Source of the DNA: an uncultured delta proteobacterium
GTDB taxonomy: Bacteria > Myxococcota_A > Polyangia > Polyangiales > Polyangiaceae
Length of the DNA: 64,000 bases
NCBI GenBank assembly: GCA_963782055.1
Contig: CAWAIF010000003.1
Span: 6,080,001 to 6,144,000 of the forward strand
Direction of reading: 5' to 3'
Positions within the stretch are counted from its first letter, which is position 1; each line of letters opens with the position of its first letter. The notes beneath the pieces were generated by a model. That model did no database searches. It was not told the origin of the DNA and saw only the letters and a program-made list of their open reading frames with translations. This document shows positions 56,663-64,000 of the stretch, piece by piece. The translations under genes were made by a program, and so were the position numbers.

Positions 56663-57064
56663 TCACGCGCCGTCAGGCGGCATGAACGGTCCCTCCGCGA
56701 ACGCGGCGTCCTCCACGACGGTGCCGCCGCCGGCGGCCGCGCTGGAGAACGCGCCGATGCGCGCGGGGGGCGCCTTCGGGTCGGCGGCCCCCATCACTCC
56801 ATCGATGACGCCGATCTCCTCGTCGAGCACCTCATCGTGCACGAACTGGCGATGCGTCTCCTGTTCCATCACCACACCGGCCATCGCGCCGATGGCGGCG
56901 CCCACGGCGCCTCCTGCGACGACTCCGACCGGTCCGGCGATGGCCCCTGTAGTCGCTCCCGCGATGGCGCCAGCAAGGGAGGTGGCGTCAACGAGGCTTG
57001 GCGGGGTGGACTCGAGACCTGTGAGGTGTTTGCGGTCCCTCCTGCGTCTGAACAACTTGCCCAT
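56663..57064 (-). CDS. Small glycine-zipper protein
   Basis: GAIAGATTGAIAGPVG..GGAVGAAIGA; LDEEIGV.DG; start uncertain. Confidence 0.65.
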   Translation of the reverse strand: MGKLFRRRRDRKHLTGLESTPPSLVDATSLAGAIAGATTGAIAGPVGVVAGGAVGAAIGAMAGVVMEQETHRQFVHDEVLDEEIGVIDGVMGAADPKAPPARIGAFSSAAAGGGTVVEDAAFAEGPFMPPDGA

Positions 57065-57215
57065 GATGTGGGGGACTGTTGCATCAGGTGGGCCAGGGTG
57101 CGAGGAGCCCTCCAGGCCAGCAATTTCGCGGAGTTTGGGGCGGGCAGCGCCGCAAGTTTGGCAGCGCGACGCAGAAGATCGCGCCAGCGAGTCGGGGAGA
57201 GCCCACGCGCCGCGA

Positions 57216-58331
57216 TCACATCGCGACCTTGACCGGCGATCGACGCGGCTCCGTCGTGCCGTCGCCGATCTGACCGCTGCGGTTCGCGCCCCAGCAGTAG
57301 ACGTCACCGCTCGTGGTGAGCGCGCAGCCGTGGTCGGCGCCCATCGCCACGCCGGTGACGCCGGTGACGCCGGGCAGCGGCGCGGGCAGCTCACCGGTCG
57401 TCTGCGTGCCGCGGCCGAGCTCGCCCTCGGTGTTGGAGCCCCAGCAGGTGAGCGTGCCGTCCTCCATCAGGGCGCAGGTGTGCGACTCGGCGGAGGAGAG
57501 CGACGTGACGCCGTGCAGGTGAGCGACGTCGAGCGCCTTGGTGTGATCGTCGGAGTCCGCCTGCACGCCGAGCTCGTTCTGATCGTTGCGGCCCCAGCAC
57601 TTCACCCCGCCGCCGAGCACGGCGCAGGCGAAGGTGTCGCCCGTGGAGATGGCGGTCACGCCGGAGAGGTGCGGGTCGGCGAAGGACGTTCCCTTCGGCG
57701 CGCTCCACACGCCCTCGCCCCAGCAGCGGGCGCCGCCGTCCCGGGTACGCGCGCAGGCGTGCGCGCCGGCCACTGCCAGCTCGGCGGCGACGGCGTCGCC
57801 CGTCTTGGCGGGCGCGTCCAGACCCCAGCACTTGACCGCGCCGTCCCCCGTGCGCGCGCAGATGACGTAGCCGCCCGCCTCGAGCTCCACCGCGCCGGAG
57901 ACGCCGGGGACCTTCGTCGGGGGGATGCGCTCCACCAGCTTGCCGTTGCCCAGCATGCGGCCGGTGCCCCAGCACTCCACGCCCCCGTCCGTCATGCGGG
58001 CGCAGGAGAAGTCCGCGCCGAGGGCGATCTCCTCCACGCCGGAGAGGCCGGCGACGGGCGTGGGGCGGGTGCGATCGGTGTCGGTGCCGTCGCCCACCTC
58101 GCCGCCCTTGTTGCGGCCCCAGCAGCGGACGGTCTTGTCGGACATGCGGGCGCAGGAGTGGAAGTCGCCGCAGGCGACCTGCACCACCTTCGCGCGCGGC
58201 GCGGAGGACACCCCCGCGTCGGGTCCGGAGGAGGTGGTGGTGTCACCGCCGGAGGGGGGCGGCTTCGGCGGCGGCCCGCCGCAGGCACCGAGCAGCGCCG
58301 CGAGGGCGACGGGGAGCACGCGAGGCGTCAC
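57216..58331 (-). CDS. RCC1-repeat lipoprotein
   Basis: Lipobox LGAC; about seven H.CA....V.CWG.N..G.G repeats. Confidence 0.9.
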   Translation of the reverse strand: MTPRVLPVALAALLGACGGPPPKPPPSGGDTTTSSGPDAGVSSAPRAKVVQVACGDFHSCARMSDKTVRCWGRNKGGEVGDGTDTDRTRPTPVAGLSGVEEIALGADFSCARMTDGGVECWGTGRMLGNGKLVERIPPTKVPGVSGAVELEAGGYVICARTGDGAVKCWGLDAPAKTGDAVAAELAVAGAHACARTRDGGARCWGEGVWSAPKGTSFADPHLSGVTAISTGDTFACAVLGGGVKCWGRNDQNELGVQADSDDHTKALDVAHLHGVTSLSSAESHTCALMEDGTLTCWGSNTEGELGRGTQTTGELPAPLPGVTGVTGVAMGADHGCALTTSGDVYCWGANRSGQIGDGTTEPRRSPVKVAM

Positions 58332-58358
58332 GGCGCGTGAGCGTACCAGCTTCTCCCA

Positions 58359-59321
58359 TCAAAGCGAGATGCCGCGCCTCGGGTCTTCCTTCTGGTGCTC
58401 GGCGATCTTCTCGAAGAGGGAGGAGAGGTCGGCGCCGTTGCCCTTCGGGATCTGCACCTGGAAGTGGACGTACAGGTCGCCGGGGGCGCGGCCCTTGCGG
58501 GCGACGCCCTTGCCCTTCAGCCGCATGACGGTGCCGCCCTGCGTGCGCTCGGGCACCTTGAGGCTGACCGAGCCGTCCAGGGTGGGGACGCGGACCTTCG
58601 CGCCGAAGTAGGCCTCGTGCAGGGTGATGGGGAGGTCGAGGTGGAGGTCGTCCTCCTCGCGGCGGAAGTGGGGGTGCGGCTTGACGTGGATGGTGAGCAG
58701 CAGATCGCCGCGCGGGCCGCCGCTCGGCGAGGGAGCGCCCTGGCCTGCGATGCGGACGCGGCTGCCCTCCGCCGCGCCCGGCGGGATGCGCACCGTGACG
58801 GGCGGGCTGCCGCCGCCCTGGGGCCGCAGCTCGAGGGAGGTCCCGCGGATGGCGGAGGCGAGGTCGACTGTGATCTCGCTCTCCAGGTCCGCGCCGCGCA
58901 TGGGGCCGCGCCGGCGGGCGCGGCCGAAGAGATCGCCGAAGACGTCCCCGTAGCCCTCCACGCGCTGACCGCCGCCACCGCCGAAGAGGTCCTCGATGTC
59001 GATGCCGCCGGGGATGCCGCCGCCGCCGCCACCGCCGCGGGCACCGCCCTGCGCGGCCCAGCGCTTGTAGGCGCGCACGCGCTCGGCGTCGAAGCCCTCG
59101 CGCAGGCCCTCTTCCCCGAACTCGTCGTAGAGGGCGCGGCGCTTGGCGTCGCTGAGGACCTCGTAGGCGTGGTTGATGGCCTTGAACCTGGTCTCCGCCT
59201 GCTTGTTTCCCGGGTTCTTGTCCGGGTGAAGATCCTTGGCCAGCTTGCGGTACGCCTTCTTGAGGGCGGCCGCGTCCGCCGTCTTCGAGACGCCGAGGAG
59301 GCCGTAGAGGTCATCCGCCAT
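58359..59321 (-). CDS. DnaJ-class (CbpA-like) co-chaperone
   Basis: J-domain HPD, G/F-rich linker, DnaJ C-terminal domain, no zinc finger. Confidence 0.92.
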   Translation of the reverse strand: MADDLYGLLGVSKTADAAALKKAYRKLAKDLHPDKNPGNKQAETRFKAINHAYEVLSDAKRRALYDEFGEEGLREGFDAERVRAYKRWAAQGGARGGGGGGGIPGGIDIEDLFGGGGGQRVEGYGDVFGDLFGRARRRGPMRGADLESEITVDLASAIRGTSLELRPQGGGSPPVTVRIPPGAAEGSRVRIAGQGAPSPSGGPRGDLLLTIHVKPHPHFRREEDDLHLDLPITLHEAYFGAKVRVPTLDGSVSLKVPERTQGGTVMRLKGKGVARKGRAPGDLYVHFQVQIPKGNGADLSSLFEKIAEHQKEDPRRGISL

Positions 59322-59363
59322 GCCTGGCGAAGGTAAGTCGGTCCGCCGCGATCGGCAACGCCC

Positions 59364-59400
59364 CCCGTCCCGTGCCCGTGCCCCCGTGCCCGTGCCCGTG
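59364..59400. repeat. (CCCGTG)n short tandem repeat
   Basis: cccgtcccgtgcccgtgcccccgtgcccgtgcccgtg. Confidence 0.7.
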
Positions 59401-59623
59401 AGAAGAAGGGAGAGGGAAAGGAAGACGGGAAAGATGAGCGGAGGAGGGGAGCGGGAAGCGGGAACAGACAGCGCCGTCCCCCCGTGATTCGGCCTGGAGC
59501 GTCAGCCAGCGCCGGGGGCGCCGGCGCCACCGTCGAGCCGAGCATCGGCAGTCGTCCGTCGCCGCCACCGTCGACGAGGCCTCCGCCGCAGCCGCGGGAC
59601 CAGCCTCGACCATCGGCCCGCCT

Positions 59624-59968
59624 TCACCGCTGGCACTGCTCTGGGTCAGGAAATTCTTGGCCACAGGCCGCCAGGCACGGGCTCGCGCTACACGTGTAGC
59701 AGTCTCCGCCGGAGCCTGGACAGCACGCGCTACCCAGTCGCGACAGATGGCATTGCCACGCGGGTGGACAATACCGAGCCCCGACGTCCGAGCTGGATGA
59801 CGAGCAGAGAATCCCCTCCGCCCCGCCCTCTGTCGCCCCGGCGTCGACAGAGGGAGCAACGAGGGATGTGCGCGCTCCGCACCCGGCCACCCACGGCACG
59901 ATGCTGCAGCTCGCTCCTGCGAAGAACAGAAAACTGGTCCGGCGTGCGGGCCCAGCTAGAAGAGCCAT
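59624..59968 (-). CDS. Small Cys-rich putative lipoprotein (lower GC)
   Basis: VAGC lipobox, VDAG linker, ten further Cys; ATG overlaps the upstream fragment's end. Confidence 0.55.
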   Translation of the reverse strand: MALLAGPARRTSFLFFAGASCSIVPWVAGCGARTSLVAPSVDAGATEGGAEGILCSSSSSDVGARYCPPAWQCHLSRLGSACCPGSGGDCYTCSASPCLAACGQEFPDPEQCQR

Positions 59969-60255
59969 GAAGCCATGATCTCGCTGTGCCCACCATTCGT
60001 GGCGTAGTTCCGCGTGTCGCCAGCCCACACCGCCAGAAAGGTTGCATCCGAGTAGTAGGCGCCAAGGTGCTGATAGTCCCACGTTGTGGTGGGCCCGGTC
60101 GTATCAGCATTCAGCCAGTGAGGATCTCCGAACGGCAAGCTTGCCGTCCAGGGAACCGCCTCGGCCGGATTGCGCTGCATGCCGACTGTGACAGGCACGT
60201 CGGGGATGGTGCGCTGCGTCGGGGATGCGATCGCGTGGGCGAGGGCTCCCCCACG
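59956..60255 (-). pseudogene. 3' remnant of a secreted beta-propeller-like protein
   Basis: No plausible N-terminus; ends WDYQHLGAY..FLAVWAGDTR; lower GC than flanks. Confidence 0.45.
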
Positions 60256-60260
60256 ACTCC

Positions 60261-61859
60261 TCAGTCGTGCACGATCACCCGCGTCCCCGGGTTGTTCTCC
60301 GTCGCGTCGACGCCGTGCCAGCCGTCGGGGAGGCGCGGGCCGGTCCAGAAGAAGAGGTTCTTGGCGTCGATGGGCTCCAGGTTCACGCAGCCGTGGCTGC
60401 GCTCGTGACCGAAGCGGGAGTGCCAGAAGGCGCCGTGCAGGGCGTAGCTGCCCTTGAAGTACTGGATCCACGGGACGTCCTGGATGGAGTACGGGCCGTC
60501 CGCCACCGTGTCGCTGTCCATCGTCGCGGCGATGTGCTTCTCGATGATGCGGAAGGAGCCGGTCACCGTGCGGTGGTCCTGCTTGGGGTCCTTGTCGTTG
60601 TGGCGTCCGCTGGAGATGAGGGTCGCGTAGAAGGGCTTGTCGCCCTCGAAGGCCACCAGCGTCTGGGTGCGGATGTTGACGTCGATCCACTTCTCGCCGG
60701 GGGCGAGGTCGGAGGGGGGCGGGCCGGGGTCGGTGCGCGTCGACTCGATGTCGCGCATCCACCAGCCCTCCTTCGTCTCGTAGTAGTTGCGGTTGTCGAT
60801 CACCACCTTCTTGCCGGTGAGCTCGACGGCGGTGAAGCGGTCGACGTGATCGTGGCGCTTGGCCTTCTTGGCGGCCTCGTCGATGTCGTACTTCCAGCCG
60901 TGGGGGTTGAGCATCCACCCGATGGGGAGCTTGCGGGTCTCGCCGGGCTTGCTGAAGTCGATGCCCTGGAAGTCGATCTTCGACTTGTGGACGACGATGT
61001 GCTCGACAGGGGCGAAGGCCTGCGAGGTGGTCTTCCAGAAGAGGCCGGAGTGGCTCGTCGCCTTGCGATCGATGGAGATGTAGAAGCCCTTGACCATCCG
61101 CAGCAGGACCAGCGCGCGCTGGCCCTTGATGTCGTCCAGGCTCACCTGCGGGCGCTCGCCGTTGTGGTCCTGCAGGTACCAGGGAACGCTGCCGTCGTCG
61201 GCGCGCGCCGCGGCCTGGGCGCGGGCGAGGTCACCGGGGCGGCTCTTGCCGACCAGCAGGCCCTTCTCCACCTCCTTGCGCTCCCGGCGGGTGGGGACGC
61301 GGCGGTAGAGGGGGGTGCCGTTGGTGATGTTGAGGCCGTACTGGTAGGGCAGCGGTCCGTCCATCAGCGGCGGGTGGAGGCGCTTGCCGTCGGCGAGCTC
61401 GGGGTTGTTGGGGTCGGTGGTGACGAACTGGCCGCAGATGAAGCCGCCCTCCAGCAGCTCGTACCAGCCCTCCGGGCAGTTGCTCTTCTTGATGACGCCC
61501 GGTTTCACCGCGACGGTCTCCCCGTTGCGCATGTAGCCGAGGCGGATGACGCCCTTGCGCTCGTCCTGGGCCTTGTCGGGGTCCTTCGGCGGCCACTCGG
61601 TGGCGCTGAAGATGGGGGTCGGCGACGCGATGGCGATGACCTTGGGGGTGTCCGGCGGCGGGGCGGCGCTCTTGGCGGCGGCCGGGCCCTTCACCAGGAC
61701 CACGGGGGGCGCGGCGGACGCCGAGGCGGCGCTGGCCGCGCCGTGGGCAGGGTCGCCTCCCTTTCCATGGCACGCGGCGGCGAGGGCCACCGACGCGAGC
61801 GCAAGCATGCTCGCGATGGGCGCGCGGGCGACCGGGGTGATGCGGGAGACGGGTCGCAT
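60261..61859 (-). CDS. L,D-transpeptidase (YkuD family) lipoprotein
   Basis: AAAC lipobox; WIDVNI..Q.L; ALHGAFWH..FGHERSHGCVNL. Confidence 0.9.
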   Translation of the reverse strand: MRPVSRITPVARAPIASMLALASVALAAACHGKGGDPAHGAASAASASAAPPVVLVKGPAAAKSAAPPPDTPKVIAIASPTPIFSATEWPPKDPDKAQDERKGVIRLGYMRNGETVAVKPGVIKKSNCPEGWYELLEGGFICGQFVTTDPNNPELADGKRLHPPLMDGPLPYQYGLNITNGTPLYRRVPTRRERKEVEKGLLVGKSRPGDLARAQAAARADDGSVPWYLQDHNGERPQVSLDDIKGQRALVLLRMVKGFYISIDRKATSHSGLFWKTTSQAFAPVEHIVVHKSKIDFQGIDFSKPGETRKLPIGWMLNPHGWKYDIDEAAKKAKRHDHVDRFTAVELTGKKVVIDNRNYYETKEGWWMRDIESTRTDPGPPPSDLAPGEKWIDVNIRTQTLVAFEGDKPFYATLISSGRHNDKDPKQDHRTVTGSFRIIEKHIAATMDSDTVADGPYSIQDVPWIQYFKGSYALHGAFWHSRFGHERSHGCVNLEPIDAKNLFFWTGPRLPDGWHGVDATENNPGTRVIVHD

Positions 61860-61926
61860 GGGTGCGAGTTAGGACAGCTCGGCGGGCAGCGCAAGATTGT
61901 GATACTTACGGCGTACGGTTGACACG

Positions 61927-62994
61927 ATGAGCGCACCTCCCACCTTCCGCAACCTGCTCGACCTGGCCCGCCTCCCCTACTTCGAGGTGAAGGACGGCGG
62001 GCTGGTCCTGGCCGATCCCTCGCTCGGGCCGACGGTGGACGTCCACACCCACCTCGCCCTCTCCTACGTGCGCAAGCCGACGGTCGACCTGGGCCGGGAG
62101 ACGCCCAGCGCGGAGCTGTACCTGCGGGCGGACAAGCCGATCGACTTCGGCGTGTACATGAACCGCAACTTCGCGCCGTACGACCTGGCCGCCATCGAGC
62201 ACGACATGACGCGCGAGGTGCTCGGGCCGAACGGGATGCGGGCGACGCACACCCTGCCCAACCTGCTGCGCGACATGCGCAACCTGGGCGTGAGCCAGTG
62301 CGTGCTGCTGCCCATCGACTTCCCCTTCCTCTCCGAGAACTCGGAGACCTGGCTGAACCTGACGCGCGGCAACGAGCACGTGGTGTGCTTCGGATCGGTG
62401 CACCCCTACCGGCGCGACGTGCGCGGGCAGGTGCACAAGCTCGCCTCGATGGGCGCGCGCGGGCTCAAGTTCCACCCGGCGGTGCAGCTCGTCGCCGCGG
62501 ACGACCGGCGCGCGATGAAGCTGTACAAGCTGTGTGCAGACTACAAGCTTCCCATCCTCTACCACTGCGGCCCGGTGGACATCGAGACGCGCCTCGGGCG
62601 GCGGCTCTCGCAGGTGCGCCGCTACGAGCGCGCCATCGCCGAGAACCCGGGCTGCACCTTCGTGCTGGGGCACTCGGGGGCGCTGCAGATGGACGAGGCC
62701 ATCGCCTTCTCGCGCAAGTACGACAACGTCTACTACGAGATCGCCAGCCAGAGCCTGCCGGCGGTGGAGAGGCTCGTCGCCGAGCTGCCGCCCGGGCGCC
62801 TGATGACCGGCTCCGACTGGCCCTTCTACCACCCGGCCGTGCCCATCGCGAAGGTGCTGCTCGCGACCGAGGGCGACGAGGCCGCGCGCCGCGCGGTCCT
62901 CTACGACAACGCCGCCCGCCTCTTCGGGCTGCGACCACCCGAGAACCTCGACGTTCGAACGCCAGCCGCGCGCGCAGACACCAAGGTCAACTGA
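61927..62994 (+). CDS. Amidohydrolase_2 family metallo-hydrolase
   Basis: DVHTH, GLKFHP, YHCG, LGHSG, GSDWP, NAARLF. Confidence 0.88.
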   Translation: MSAPPTFRNLLDLARLPYFEVKDGGLVLADPSLGPTVDVHTHLALSYVRKPTVDLGRETPSAELYLRADKPIDFGVYMNRNFAPYDLAAIEHDMTREVLGPNGMRATHTLPNLLRDMRNLGVSQCVLLPIDFPFLSENSETWLNLTRGNEHVVCFGSVHPYRRDVRGQVHKLASMGARGLKFHPAVQLVAADDRRAMKLYKLCADYKLPILYHCGPVDIETRLGRRLSQVRRYERAIAENPGCTFVLGHSGALQMDEAIAFSRKYDNVYYEIASQSLPAVERLVAELPPGRLMTGSDWPFYHPAVPIAKVLLATEGDEAARRAVLYDNAARLFGLRPPENLDVRTPAARADTKVN

Positions 62995-63005
62995 TCCCCA
63001 AATCG

Positions 63006-63377
63006 TCACTCGGTCGCAGCATCGGATCCATACCCCGACTCGGGTGACGCGTCAGCACCACCGTCGCGCGGAACACAAATACTGGCGCCCTGTACATCCA
63101 CCTCGCAACCCCAGACATGATGCTGGCAGACGCAGAGCCACGCATCGACTGGGGGCGCGTCCGTACCTGGACACTCGCCGCGACCGATCAGGTAGTGGCA
63201 CGTCGTGTCTCCACCACACGCCCCCGAGGGTAGATCGGCCTTTGCGAGGTACGCGCCGACCATTGCATCACCCCGCGGGCCGCATGTGTCCGGCGCCTCC
63301 TGCCCGCCACAGGCAACCGTGAAGAAGGACACCGAAATCAGCACGGCGCCCAGGGCGAATCCATCCATTCCGCGCAT
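63006..63377 (-). CDS. Small Cys-rich lipoprotein (lower GC)
   Basis: TVAC lipobox, eight further Cys, DGGADA tail. Confidence 0.6.
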   Translation of the reverse strand: MRGMDGFALGAVLISVSFFTVACGGQEAPDTCGPRGDAMVGAYLAKADLPSGACGGDTTCHYLIGRGECPGTDAPPVDAWLCVCQHHVWGCEVDVQGASICVPRDGGADASPESGYGSDAATE

Positions 63378-63383
63378 CTGGCC

Positions 63384-64000
63384 CTACCACTGTGGCGCCG
63401 ACTCCGCAGGCAGTGGCACGACCTCACTCGGAAGATGAAGCTCGGTCCCGTCCTGCGCAAAGTGGCGAAGGGAGGCCCCATCCATCACGTCATATGAGGC
63501 AAATACTACGAACGGGACATCGTGCCAACCAGAGTGACGAATCACCACCGCCCCCGGAAGAGCGCCCGTCGGGAGGAGTGCCTGGTACGCAACGAGCTGT
63601 ACCGGATCACTCACCATGGCCTGAAGAGCATGGGCGTCGTCGACGACGGAGTGCGGGAACGCAGGCCACCAAACCTGCTCGTAGCTCGTCATTGTACCGT
63701 CAGCGACCTCAATGGCACTTGCAATTGAGTCCGTAACGGGTACCCCCTCCACGCCGCGCTGCAGCACGGACGCAAAGGCTCGGGTCGTTCCCGGCACACC
63801 ATGCTGAGCCTGCACTTGCTCGATCCTCCCGTCAGTCAACAGTCCCACGCCTATCACCTGATCCGGCGGCAAGCCACGACCCAGGTAGTAATTCATGACC
63901 GCTTGATTGTGAGCAGCCCCAGACATCGTATAAGCCGGAGCGTTTTCGTAGGGAGACGTAGCATTGGAAACAGCCATCGTACCACCCGTCGCCAGGTACG
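63384..64000 (-). CDS. Hypothetical protein, 5'-partial (lower GC)
   Basis: Frame stays open to the window edge upstream of ATG 63977; QRGVEGVPV resembles FTP/propeptide-like motifs. Confidence 0.55.
   Translation of the reverse strand, partial: YLATGGTMAVSNATSPYENAPAYTMSGAAHNQAVMNYYLGRGLPPDQVIGVGLLTDGRIEQVQAQHGVPGTTRAFASVLQRGVEGVPVTDSIASAIEVADGTMTSYEQVWWPAFPHSVVDDAHALQAMVSDPVQLVAYQALLPTGALPGAVVIRHSGWHDVPFVVFASYDVMDGASLRHFAQDGTELHLPSEVVPLPAESAPQW

Noticed and set aside
1..64000. CRISPR array, tRNA/rRNA, integrase, transposase, prophage or defence island
   Set aside because: No regularly spaced direct repeats, RNA-gene signatures or matching protein motifs seen by eye; a covariance-model scan was not possible

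Overview
High-GC chromosomal window that looks like a myxobacterium (Polyangiaceae/Sorangiineae-like). This is inferred from the Cys-rich lipoproteins, Hanks-type kinases, pilMNOPQ and sigma54 promoters. About 55 densely packed genes: TonB-dependent receptor, SWIM-finger ATP-dependent DNA ligase, M1 aminopeptidase, type IVa pilus alignment/secretin operon, LysM-M15 peptidase, FliA-like sigma factor, split TPAT (TatT/TatP) genes, RluA, MarR-Rieske pair, two Ser/Thr kinases, a P1B-ATPase-like protein, argD, rlmI, lnt, HU, ybeY, GT2-C45-LolA operon, VKOR-DsbA, RNase R, DnaJ-class protein, L,D-transpeptidase and an amidohydrolase. I saw no rRNA, tRNA, CRISPR array, integrase or transposase. Most notable: (1) an in-frame PilM-PilN fusion (GspL-like); (2) a P1B-ATPase homolog lacking its catalytic motifs, directly upstream of a kinase carrying a degenerate HD-GYP-like and a DUF4388-like domain, a possible pseudoenzyme signalling module; (3) a sigma54 promoter in front of a shortened sigma28-like factor; (4) both apparent frameshifts (pilQ, rluA) are repaired by removing one A from GAATC to give GATC; (5) two lower-GC cassettes, each a secreted-protein ORF or fragment plus a small Cys-rich lipoprotein. 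All family calls come from motifs recognised by eye, not database searches, and many start codons were re-chosen by hand.
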